From: Octopus bimaculoides
Taxonomy: Eukaryota
NCBI RefSeq assembly: GCF_001194135.2
Contig: NC_068992.1
Coordinates: 1,860,775 to 1,924,774, forward strand
DNA length: 64,000 nucleotides
Direction: 5' to 3'
The notes under the pieces: model-generated
Databases searched by the model: none
What the model saw: only the letters and a program-made list of their open reading frames with translations
Told to the model about the DNA's origin: nothing
Shown: piece by piece, positions 51,881 through 63,840 of the stretch
How the letters are laid out: each line of letters begins with the position of its first letter
Numbering within the stretch: position 1 is the stretch's first letter
Translations under genes and position numbers: made by a program

Positions 51881-52373
51881 ATTTTTGCTTCTAAATTGTA
51901 TAAATAGCATGTAATAGTTGTAATATCGCAGCAGAGTGAAAATTGCAAGTAAAATTATTGCATTGGACATTTAGAATTTAAGAGAGATATACGGTACAAG
52001 GCATTAAGAACTTTAATCGAGGGTGAATAAGTGCAAATTAGTTTGGCAGAGTGGAAATGGAGAGAAGGAAAGTCTGCGCCCTCCCCTCAAACTAGAAGAA
52101 CACTCACTAAAGTGTAGTGGTAGAAAGGTGGAAGCGGTAAATTAGTCTTGATACACGTGTTAGCTTCATAAAAACGTCACATTAATTTGTATACAATATG
52201 TGTGTGTGTGTGTGTGTGTGTGCGTGTGTGTTTCTGTGTGTGCGTGCGTGTGTGTGTGTGTGTGTGTGTGTGCGTGCGTATGCTTGCGTTTGTGTGTGTG
52301 TGAGTGCATGTCTATACGAGGAAGAAGTTAGTAACGAATATAAAGCATCGTTAGAGAAATTAAACAGATATAT

Positions 52374-52412
<39 letters not shown>

Positions 52413-52589
52413 GATGAAAGGAGAGAGAAAGAGATCTAATTTGAAGGATGAGAATGAAATAGTTGTGTATTACTTTTCGAGTGCAATTTCACAGAAACAG
52501 AAAATAGCCAGACAGACGGAAAAAAAGATCTGATTGAAATAACCGGACGAAAAACGAGAGTGAATATGAGAAAAATGCACCTGAAATAT

Positions 52590-52770
52590 ACTTTTCTACT
52601 CTAGGCACAAGGCCCGAAATTTTGGGGGAGAGATCAACTTCAGTACGCAACTGGTACTTAATTTATCGACCCCGAAAGGATGCAAAGTAAAGTCAACCTT
52701 GACGGAATTTGAATTCAGAACGCAGAGATGTACAAAATGCCGACATGCTAACGATTCTGACAGAAATATC
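52590..52770 (-). mobile_element. SINE family A copy
   Basis: cttttctactctaggcacaaggcccgaaatttt...ggtacttaatttatcgaccccgaaagg...gctaacgattctg. Confidence 0.9.
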
Positions 52771-52802
52771 CGAAATGTTAATGGCAATATTACTAAACAT
52801 TA

Positions 52803-53005
52803 AGGCGGTGAGCTGGCAGAATCAGAATTATGCCGGACAAATTACTTACCTGCATTTCATCCGACTTTACATTCAAATTCTGCCGAGGCCGACTGTGTCT
52901 TTCATTCTTTCGGGGTCGATAAATTAAGTACCAGTTGAACATTGGGTTTAATATAATCGACTAACCCTTTCTTCCGAAATCACTGGTCTCCTGCCATAAA
53001 TAGAA
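52803..53005 (+). mobile_element. SINE family A copy
   Basis: aaggcggtgagctggcagaatc...cggggtcgataaattaagtaccagtt. Confidence 0.9.
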
Positions 53006-53448
53006 AACACTATTAGTACACATTTTCAAGAGAGACAAATGGTTCATTCATTTGGTGGAATGATCTTCGAAAGCAAAGACATTTGAATAATGTTTGCAAA
53101 AGTTCAATAAAAATAAATATTAACCTCAAACAATTCAATCTAATTTGTTGTTTTTAATGTTGTTTTTTTTATCGTATTTTACTCGATTTTCATATTGTAT
53201 TGTTCATCATCAACAATGGGTTTTATTCTCGTAGAGATTCCATAAAATCTAAAATGCCATAACGCCTGCACGATAATCAGGTACATGAATACGGGAGTAA
53301 CATTTTGTAAACTTTTTCACCTTCAATTAATATATTTTAAACGAACTTTCGTATTCGTTTACCATCTACTTCACTGTTTTGAATATATGTGCTTACACGT
53401 GTACACATAGCTGTTTACATGCATACTTACATACATGCAAACACGCGC

Positions 53449-53490
<42 letters not shown>

Positions 53491-53625
53491 GCGTGTGCAT
53501 CATGGTTTTCCTCTGGTGACCTAGGAAGACTATATCTGATCATTACGTATATGTTCTCGAGTTTGATGGACATATAGCGCTACATAAGCCCACTCAAGAA
53601 ATCTCTACTGAGACGGGTTTTTTTA

Positions 53626-53670
53626 TGTATCTGAAGAGACCCAGGACGAGTCGAAACATGTGTTGTACGC
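53626..53670 (+). ncRNA. Minimal type I hammerhead ribozyme with complete core, followed by AATAAA
   Basis: guau CUGAAGA gac[ccaggacga]guc GAAA ca[ug]ugU U guac; core 53631-37 and 53653-56; AATAAA at 53671-76. Confidence 0.7.
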
Positions 53671-54410
53671 AATAAATTCTATTACTCATTCCATCTCCTA
53701 TTTTATTAATACTGTTACCCCAACAGCCACGACGAAGTTCCCGCAATAATTGAAACTGTGCCAGTGCTTTACTCATCATCTACTTATACATTTTGTGTAA
53801 TTTCTGCCTTATATGACTGGATTTCGGTTGACTGGTTTGTTTACATTCTGTAAGAAAATAACGATGGTAGGTTGCGTGCCGTCGATTATTCTTTCACCCT
53901 CTTGGATGATGTGTGTGTTTTGCTAATAATAGTATTGGTGATGGCAATAATGCGACCCTGATGAGATGGAGTATCCAGAAATTTGTAATATGTTGTAATT
54001 TGTTACAATATTTTACGAGACATCTGATGATGTGGTTTATTTTTCCGGGATACCGTATTGAAATGTGCATAGGTTTGGCTTATTGTGGTTGTTTCTGTTA
54101 TTATAATTGTTGCTGCAATAAAGTATCTTCAATGCATTGATTTTGAGCTCTATCCTTTAAGAGACATGTATACATATNNNNNNNNNNNNNNNNNNNNNAT
54201 ATATATATATATATATATAAGGCAGAAATTCCACGATACAAATGCAAATAACAGGACATAACAACAGGTGCCTTTCGAACCTGTTGTTATGTCCTGTTTC
54301 TATTCGTATTTGTATTTGTGTAACCTTCTCTTTTTTTTCCTTGTTTTCTTTGTTTCGTCTCTCTGGATGTTTTGCGTCCTTGTCCCATTTTGTATTGATA
54401 TATATATATA

Positions 54411-54466
<56 letters not shown>

Positions 54467-55023
54467 CATATATAAACATATATTTATATATAGAAGCTCA
54501 TAAATAGAGAACATTGCAGTATGAGCTTCAGCCGGCAACGAAATGAGGAATTACAAACAACATGGGACCATTTAGACCACTAACACCCCCCCCCCATACA
54601 ACAACAACAACAACAGCAGCCATGACCAGTACCACACCAGCACGCGTTTATTCGCCATTCCAAATTATAGCTTCAATATGTTCGTCTCTATTTTAACGTT
54701 TCGTACCAACCACCTTCAATATATTTGCGATGTTGTTTTCGTTGTAGATTTGCCAGATGCGTTCCGGGGCATATTTTTGGTTTTCTAATTTGCACTCATA
54801 AATATAAGGTACAATGCTGAATGTTTACTTCTGTTCATTTTTTGGTTTAATTTTAGTAATTTATATATACGCGTGTGTTTGTGTGTGTGTGTGTGGCGAG
54901 TTAGCATATGCACCAATTAGCGCTTACATCGTTGGTAGACTTAAGAAAAACTCGTTGCCGCCGGTTGACACGATACAGTGATACACCCTTATATAGGATA
55001 GTGTGTGTATGCATATCTATCTA

Positions 55024-55100
<77 letters not shown>

Positions 55101-55792
55101 CAGTGTGTATATGTGCGTAGACATATTGGAGAGAGAGAGAGTGTGTTTGAGTGCGGTAGAGACAAACGATATACTCCAAATATTAACGAAATATCATGAA
55201 ATGCATTTCATGGAAATATTGTTGTTGTTGCTGCTGTTGCTCTCGTTGTTGCGGTTGTTGTTGCTATTGACTATTTCCAGGCATAATTAGTGTCGCCATT
55301 TTTCTTCTATAAAAATATTGAGTTTACTCACTCACTCTCTCCCCTTCCCATCCCTCGCACGCTCTCTTTCTCACTATTTTTTTTTTCTTTTACATCTATT
55401 CCCAATAGTCTCTAAATGGAATAGTTTGACGTGGCTGGCACCATACAACAACAGAAATGTCTTGTACTGATCTGTCTTCAAGTTGGTTTCAAGCCTCCAG
55501 CGGAATCCTTACTCTTGCACCACTAATCATCTTACAGTCTGTCGCAATATTTCGATATCTCGTCTTCTATATCTATAAATATCTCGTTGCCTTGATTTCA
55601 CTGGTTTATTAAGAATTACTTTAAAATGTACAGTTTATTATAAAATATATTTTTGGAAAGGAAGAACGACTGTCTTCCGCTAAAACTAGCTTCGCTTAAC
55701 GTATATCTCAGAAATCGTTACTAATCTTACTATCGGTATTAGACTTACTGCTTCCCTCGTAGTTTGATTATAATAATGATGATTACGATGAG

Positions 55793-55867
55793 AAGAAGAA
55801 GAAGAAGAAGAAGAAGAAGAAGAAGAAGAAGAAGAAGAAGAAGAAGAAGAAGAAGAAGAAGAAGAAG
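55793..55867. repeat. (GAA)n microsatellite
   Basis: Visible array next to a gap. Confidence 0.95.
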
Positions 55868-56181
55868 NNNNNNNNNNNNNNNNNNNNNNNNNNNNNNNNN
55901 NNNNNNNNNNNNNNNNNNNNNNNNNNNNNNNNNNNNNNNNNNNNNNNNNNNNNNNNNNNNNNNNNNNNNNNNNNNNNNNNNNNNNNNNNNNNNNNNNNNN
56001 NNNNNNNNNNNNNNNNNNNNNNNNNNNNNNNNNNNNNNNNNNNNNNNNNNNNNNNNNNNNNNNNNNNNNNNNNNNNNNNNNNNNNNNNNNNNNNNNNNNN
56101 NNNNNNNNNNNNNNNNNNNNNNNNNNNNNNNNNNNNNNNNNNNNNNNNNNNNNNNNNNNNNNNNNNNNNNNNNNNNNNNNN

Positions 56182-56235
<54 letters not shown>

Positions 56236-56370
56236 CTACCAACCAAGTGTGGTGTCGTATACAGGACAGTGCTACTGACATTTATAGCCCCATGAAGACA
56301 TCTCTTCCAGCTGTGTCCGATTAGTATTTGCGAGGGGAGGTCATAGCTCCCATCCTTAGCCTTACGTGAC

Positions 56371-56417
56371 ACACACGGATTCGAGTTTCTGCGTGGTTAT
56401 CCGTCCTCAGCGTGTGT
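56371..56417 (-). ncRNA. Type I hammerhead-like motif with 7-bp stem I and degenerate stem II
   Basis: acacacg CUGAGGA cggauaaccacgca GAAA cucgaa U C cgugugu. Confidence 0.5.
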
Positions 56418-56924
56418 TAATTACCAGGTCGTGATGAAAACTCTCCCTACTCGCAAAATACTATATGTTTTTTTCCAGCTACGGTTCGTCGCTTGTCTCG
56501 AAAAAGAAGAAATAAGCTATATTAAATATTTGGTCGAGATGGAAACAGCAGCAATACGGAATCGTAACATATCATTGCGCCAGCCAAGTGTGGCGCCCTA
56601 TATGTTACGATTCCGTACAGCTACTGTTTACATGTCGCTCAGAGATTCAATATAGAGTATATATTTGTATATAAACCTGCTCGAACCCAGATTCGATTCC
56701 CAATAGTAATCCAATACGGTGACGTATAATGTAGAGCTCTATGCTATTGAAATCCAGGAGATCCAATCGATGAAATAATTTCGTGGGATATGAGAGATAA
56801 ATATATGTTATGAATGTATTCACATCTCATAACTCTTGAGTGTGTATTAAGAAAAAAAAACAACAACGCGAGGACGTGGTGCATGATAAGTATTAGCAGA
56901 CGCTCAGGGAAAGAAAGAAAAGTG

Positions 56925-56959
56925 GTTTTACGTTTCGAGCAAAACTTTTCGTTAGAAAC
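56925..56959 (-). ncRNA. Degenerate minimal hammerhead motif (PLE-type)
   Basis: guuu CUAACGA a aaguuuugcuc GAAA cgU A aaac; G5>A and stem II mismatches; stem I guuu/aaac intact. Confidence 0.4.
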
Positions 56960-57019
56960 AGGAGACGGAGGAAAATCCTAGAGAAAAGGGAAGACGGAGG
57001 AAAAGAATCGCCAGAGATA

Positions 57020-57048
57020 GATAGATTGATAAATAGATAGATAGATAT

Positions 57049-57082
<34 letters not shown>

Positions 57083-57115
57083 TGATAAATAGATAGATAG
57101 ATAGATAGATAGATA
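57020..57115. repeat. (AGAT)n microsatellite
   Basis: Visible array. Confidence 0.95.
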
Positions 57116-57560
57116 AATCCTGCAGTAAATATTTAGCGTAAAGCTGTAAAAGAGTTTTAGGTATATTATAGGAATAGCTTATGGTGTAGGTGGAGTGAGG
57201 AAAGTTGGTGAGAAATTTACATGTTTCGCCGTTAGGGAAATTATTGGTTTGAAATGTTACGCATAAATATATATATACGTGTTACACATAGATACATACA
57301 TGCATACATATATACACATTCACACACACACACATATATATATACACACATACATACATGCATACCTTATATACACATGTACAAAAGTTAGATTTGCGGG
57401 AGGACACGGATTCATAGAGTAAGTGAGCAAAAAAAGAGAACATTGAGAGAGGGAAAAAAAATATGAGTAACAAGAATAGATTATATGCCCTCCACACACA
57501 CACACACACGCAAACATAACACACACACATACATACATACACATATACATATTATCATAC

Positions 57561-57603
<43 letters not shown>

Positions 57604-57634
57604 TATATATGTATGTGTGTATGTTTATATATAC

Positions 57635-57667
<33 letters not shown>

Positions 57668-57676
57668 ATTAGATAA

Positions 57677-57823
57677 ATAACCTTCGAGCAGATAGTCAGC
57701 AGCGCCGCCTGGCTAAGGCTTGGCTACTCTGCATTGACAAGGGGCAACACCCTGAAACTAGTCTAGTCTGCAGATGCCAAACCAGCAGGGGGACACTGCT
57801 GACCTCCCCTGTTCGAAGGTTAT
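57677..57823. repeat. Foldback/MITE-like element of about 150 bp
   Basis: ataaccttcgagcag (57677-91) vs ctgttcgaaggttat (57809-23), 14/15 reverse-complement match; pairing continues inward through gtcagcag/ctgctgac. Confidence 0.75.
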
Positions 57824-59764
57824 AAAGGACACAGGTTTCGTGTGTCACATAGCTAGCTAGAGGCGATGGCTTCTTGGAGCTAATTCACGGCAGCTTTCGT
57901 CCTAATTTTGGGACTGCCATGTTGGCTTGGCGATAACTATTAATTTCCAGTACCGCTGCCGTAGTCTCCTTTAGAGAGACTTAGAAATATTAATAACTCT
58001 ATTTCTGAAAACCAGTGGATAGATTCCACTGAAATTNNNNNNNNNNNNNNNNNNNNNNNNNNNNNNNNNNNNNNNNNNNNNNNNNNNNNNNNNNNNNNNN
58101 NNNNNNNNNNNNNNNNNNNNNNNNNNNNNNNNNNNNNNNNNNNNNNNNNNNNNNNNNNNNNNNNNNNNNNNNNNNNNNNNNNNNNNNNNNNNNNNNNNNN
58201 NNNNNNNNNNNNNNNNNNNNNNNNNNNNNNNNNNNNNNNNNNNNNNNNNNNNNNNNNNNNNNNNNNNNNNNNNNNNNNNNNNNNNNNNNNNNNNNNNNNN
58301 NNNNNNNNNNNNNNNNNNNNNNNNNNNNNNNNNNNNNNNNNNNNNNNNNNNNNNNNNNNNNNNNNNNNNNNNNNNNNNNNNNNNNNNNNNNNNNNNNNNN
58401 NNNNNNNNNNNNNNNNNNNNNNNNNNNNNNNNNNNNNNNNNNNNNNNNNNNNNNNNNNNNNNNNNNNNNNNNNNNNNNNNNNNNNNNNNNNNNNNNNNNN
58501 NNNNNNNNNNNNNNTATATATATATATATATATGTATGTGTGTATTTATATATATATGTATGTGTGTATATATATATATGTGTGTGTATGTATGTATGTA
58601 TGTTTAATGAAACTATCAATAAATGCGAACATATAGCTGTATTACGATGAAGAATCTTACATATTAGTCTGTGGTTGTAAGGCCTCTCATCATCGAGAAT
58701 TTCTAGAATGTTTGACTCAGAAAATAGAGACATGGAGAGAAGTTGAGCTGCACTTTATTTCGAGACAAGAGGAATGAAGAAAGATTACGGGAATTTAGAA
58801 TTACAATTATCTCGACAGAATGTTGACTGATATATTAAGAACATAACGATGAGAAGATAAAATTGTTAGATACAATTGAAACAACATTTTTTTATAAGGA
58901 CATACCTATTTTCCATAACAACTTTAACAGTTCTAAGGTCTAAAATATAACACTGACGTACTTTTGTCTGGATAACCTTTACGAGTTGTTGAAAAGCTGA
59001 TGCGTTTCTTAACATAAAGCAAGACAGAGCTTCTATAGCAAATAGTCAAAAGTTTTCGGGAAATTCAAGTACATATGGATCTTGAAATCAATTCAAAGTC
59101 ATGGCCTGGATCAATCTTTGGTCGAAACATATCTAAGTATTATCTAAGTATTATCTAGAAAAATGTAATACAAGGAATTAGGGGAATATGTCCACTTCAT
59201 TCGGTGACTCTCAGACTGCCAAATCGCAGGTCCACCAAAGATATTAGTGGAATGTTTGCCTTCCTGTTCCTCTTCATTATTACTGTAAAGGGCAAATAGT
59301 AGTTAGTGCTATACATTGGGATAGCCATATTTAACAGTTGAAACCTTGTAATTATTATTTTTACATCAATACGCTGTAGAACAAGGTTTGGATATTTGAA
59401 ACTACCTGAATTCGGTTCAGTACGGCAAATGTAAGCCTAATTTTCAAACTTCACTAGCATCACCACCCACGAAATATATACGTCTGTGTTAGTGTGCGGG
59501 AATATCTATATATGCATACATACACATGCATACATACACACACGGATACGTACACATACATACACTCACGCACACACATATATGTATGTATGTGTGTCAT
59601 TAGTCAATTTTATTTCAAGATTTCTTGCTAGTAGACAAAGACCCAGACCCTATCTTCGATAGAAACTGACTGAAACCGCGCTTGCGCGGTGAATTTGAAA
59701 CATTGTAATATATAATGATGAGACACGTGTTATTCTTTCTCGAAATTATATGTTAATATTTTGG

Positions 59765-59831
59765 CGTAGCCACTGATGAGAACTTCGCCTAGCAAATTAT
59801 TTTATTTGCTAATTAAAGTTCGAAACCTAGG
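59765..59831 (+). ncRNA. Hammerhead core with long stem II, 3'-truncated
   Basis: CUGAUGA (59773-79), gaacuu/aaguuc plus inner uagcaaau/auuugcua stem, GAAA (59822-25), ccuagg; no UH or stem I partner downstream. Confidence 0.5.
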
Positions 59832-60797
59832 AAAACATGTAAAAGAACAAGGTCAAAATTTTTATTTCCTTCCAAATTCCTCTTAAATATGGTTTTGGAC
59901 ATTTTGACTGATCCATCTTGCATGTAAGGCCGTCTGTTAAGAGTCACCCCTTTTGTGTTTAAATATACACGCATTTGTTAGGGAAATTATGTTGTCTATT
60001 GCCTTTTTTATACTTGCTAGGCCACTAGTAGTGAAATTTCTGATATTCTCCTATCCTATATTATTTTATATATATATATATGCACATACTTTAAGCAACG
60101 CTCTTCATTTAGTCAATTAACTGTGCTCTCTTTCAAAAGAGTTACATTCCTTTGTCAAAAGCATTTTATAATTTTTAGACAACGCCTTCGTACGCTAAAA
60201 CCTTTATCAATGTACGGTATTAAAAGCTAAATACTTCATAACAAGGTTCTTCCGTCTTTGTCTCACTCTTGTTCGTTCCATCTCTGATACTTTATATCTA
60301 ATAAAATCATATTTGAAACACGCCAGCCATTAGAAAAAAAATACATTGAATATAACAGACGTTCAAATGTATTTCGCTAGAGGCATTTAATTGGTATTTT
60401 GAAGTGGGTTTTTTTTATATGAAATACATGCATGTATATATNNNNNNNNNNNNNNNNNNNNNNNNNNNNNNNNNNNNNNNNNNNNNNNNNNNNNNNNNNN
60501 NNNNNNNNNNNNNNNNNNNNNNNNNNNNNNNNNNNNNNNNNNNNNNNNNNNNNNNNNNNNNNNNNNNNNNNNNNNNNNNNNNNNNNNNNNNNNNNNNNNN
60601 NNNNNNNNNNNNNNNNNNNNNNNNNNNNNNNNNNNNNNNNNNNNNNNNNNNNNNNNNNNNNNNNNNNNNNNNNNNNNNNNNNNNNNNNNNNNNNNNNNNN
60701 NNNNNNNNNNNNNNNNNNNNNNNNNNNNNNNNNNNNNNNNNNNNNNNNNNNNNNNNNNNNNNNNNNNNNNNNNNNNNNNNNNNNNNNNNNNNNNNNN

Positions 60798-60831
<34 letters not shown>

Positions 60832-61214
60832 GTATGTATGTATTTACGTTTATGTCTTTGTTTTGTAAGATTCATGATATGAAGCCGTTGTTTTGATAGA
60901 GATATTGTTATATTTCAAGATGATCTATATATATATTTTTTTTTTGCGAAATAAACACACGTACTATCTATTCGTTCTTCACTCGTTTATTTTTTGTTCT
61001 TGTTTTATATATGTCCATTGTCGAGATTTCGTCGCACATCTGTGACCACTTCAGCGAACTTGTCCATCCACGTATCCACTGTGTGTGTGTAGTGGAAGTC
61101 ACCTACAAATGTAAACACACTTAAGGAAAAGACACTTCACCAATGAGTTTTGAGACAGTTTTGCAGTTAGAAGTACAGTCGTAAGATCCAGCCTTGCCAC
61201 TAATGTTACAGAAG

Positions 61215-61275
61215 ACAGACAAACAGACAGACAGACAGACATACATACATACAGACAGACAGACAGATAGATAGC

Positions 61276-61340
<65 letters not shown>
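61215..61340. repeat. Compound (AGAC)n/(ACAT)n/(AGAT)n microsatellite
   Basis: Visible arrays. Confidence 0.95.
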
Positions 61341-61984
61341 TGTATTTATATAATGTAGAGAAGAAAGCATACATGATGTTAAAAAAAATTCTGTTCCGTT
61401 TGTGGAATCTTGCCTGTGAAAATGACAGGAGTTTTGTTTCTATTTTTGCAATGTTGGATGCATTTTACTTGTCGTTGCAGTGTTGTGCATAATTGTGTTC
61501 CTGTGTAAAGATGAACGGTTACCTTTTCTAATAAAAATATTCTGTAAGTCCAGCATATTTCAATTCATTACGTTTCTGAGTAATTGCTTCAGACTCCGTC
61601 AGGATTCAACTTTTGATTTCATTTCTATTTCAAAAATCGTTCTTCTGCTGCTAATTAATGAGAAGAGACAAAATGATTATATGTTGCATTTGGAGAATTG
61701 TTTCTATTTGTGCATGCAATAATTCGAGCTTCTGTTTCGCCTAGATACTTTTTTGCTGACTAATACCTTAGTTATGATACGGAGATGTTTTTTAAGATAT
61801 TTCTCTTTGATGAAATAAACTCAATCGAATCCCGGTTGTTAAAATGCGATGAGCAAAGTTGACTCGAAATAGAAAATGCAGTTTGTCTCCTTATTTATGA
61901 GCTTTGAGTAAAGTTGGCCCTTGATACCGCTATAATAGGAATATGACCAGTGTTTAGATATTTTTCCTTGAAATTTAGTTTTCG

Positions 61985-62330
61985 GCTTTAGAAAGTTGAT
62001 TCAGGAATGAAGTACCTGTTGCGTACTGGAATCGATCTAACCGACTGACTCCCATCGCCCAAAATTTAGAGCCTTGTGCCTAGAGAAGAAAAGAATATTA
62101 TCGTACACAGAGAGTTGGCAGAAGTGTTATCGCGCAAGGAAAAAGGTTTCGCGGCATTTCTTCGGAATTTCCATGTTGAGTTCAAATTCTATTGTTGTTG
62201 ACTATATCTTGCAGCGTTTCGTGGTCGATAAAATAAGTACCAGTTGAACGCTAAGATCGATATAATGAACTTATTCTCTCCTTTGAAATTGTTGACGTTG
62301 TGTCAAAATATGAAATCGATACTCTCGTAC
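61985..62330 (+). mobile_element. Two tandem SINE family A copies (3' half at 61985-62100; diverged full copy at 62110-62330)
   Basis: aagtacctgttgcgtactggaatcgatctaa...gccttgtgcctagagaagaaaagaat, then gagttcaaattc...ggtcgataaaataagtaccagtt. Confidence 0.8.
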
Positions 62331-62882
62331 AAAGTTGTCACGTTTAATTTATTTCTGACTTCTCAAACCGAAAAGTTTCACGATATTCCATTAAATGTAT
62401 ATCATTCTTTGATAACGTATTGTCACCATTGTATAACTTGTATATGTCTGTTTGTGTGTATCCGGCTATTTGCACAGAGATAAAGGCCTGCTTTTGTAAG
62501 ATAGACAAACTTATCATAACACACTATTTTATATTGCTCTACTAAGATCCACCATTAAGATGTTTTTTGGATATAGCTGAATTATTTATTTGTTTCTCAG
62601 TTGAATTCAGATGGACGTCGTCCAGGATTGATGATAGAGATTAATAGCTGCTAGCACCTCGCCTTGCCAGACACGTGAATTGATGTCACAAAATCAGTAT
62701 CAGCGTCAAATGATCATACTTTACAACTTCTGTTTCTTTTTACAATGCATACACATACATATATATACGTGTACGTATGTATGTATGTATGTATGTATGT
62801 ATTATGTTTGTATGTATTATGTATGTATGTATATATATGGTCATATATATATACGCACGCACACACATATATACATATGCAC

Positions 62883-62939
<57 letters not shown>

Positions 62940-63629
62940 GTATATATACACGATAGTATCAAACATCGCATTGATAGATAAATATTCTTTCTTTGAAGAT
63001 TAATCTATAAATACAGTATATATACCTACCCATATACATACATACATACATACATACATACATACATACATACATACATACATACATACGTATATGCTAC
63101 ATACATACTTACATACATATATAGTTAGAGATATATATACGTTTCTCTTCCAGCTTTTTATTTTCTAAGTTTAAATTCCGCGTAGGTACCAATGGACAGA
63201 CCTAATTTGCCTCATAAGGTTACCGTTTCCACCAGCAACTGTCCAATGCAGACAGGTAGATGGTTTACAACCAACTTATCTAAGCCAGCAACGAAGTGCT
63301 AAGGTTTCATTTATCAGAGTTAAAAAGAAAAGCAGCTAAGCCGAATGTAATGGTGAATTGTCGTTTTATCAAACTGTTATTCATTCTAGCAAAATACTTG
63401 AGAATTCTCAATATTTTATGTTTTCCTTTCCATCTTGATTCGTAAATATATTTTAATAGCAATTTTTCATTGGGTAACTTATCTCTATGATAATGGCACA
63501 GAGACCAGATCTAAATTATCCATTAACATACATTGTTATCTATCCCTAGTCCGTTGCTATCCCACTGGCTCTATGACAATAACTTACTAGAATTGGTAAG
63601 TGTAACATTGCAACATATGCTATAAATAT

Positions 63630-63840
63630 TGATTCCAAATCTCGGCACAATGGAAGCAAGTTCAGCGAAGAGGATTAACCGATCATATCGACCCCTGTGC
63701 TAAGCTGATATCTATTTTATCGACACCGAAAAGATTAAAGGCAAAGTCGACCGCGGATCATTTCTGACACAGACCGTAATGATGCACGAAATGCCGCTAA
63801 GCATTTTGTCTGGAACGCTAAAAATTCTGCCGGTTCACTA
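63630..63840 (-). mobile_element. SINE family A copy
   Basis: ttttatcgacaccgaaaagattaaaggcaaagtcgacc...gaaatgccgctaagcattttgtc. Confidence 0.8.

Noticed and set aside
57868-57915. Minus-strand gucc-caaaauua-ggac-GAAA-gcu..agcUC hammerhead half
   Set aside because: No CUGANGA (catggca instead) and no stem I partner; an alternative hairpin explains the pairing. Mentioned only within the 57677-58036 finding.
76-63003. Many ORFs rich in YI, CV, HT, poly-N/L/S/E/R or X
   Set aside because: Translations of (AT)n, (GT)n, (AC)n, trinucleotide arrays or N-gaps, which lack stops by construction.
5365-63840. Recurring 40-60 bp motifs as a possible CRISPR-like array
   Set aside because: Dispersed, in both orientations, irregularly spaced and embedded in SINEs; eukaryotic context.
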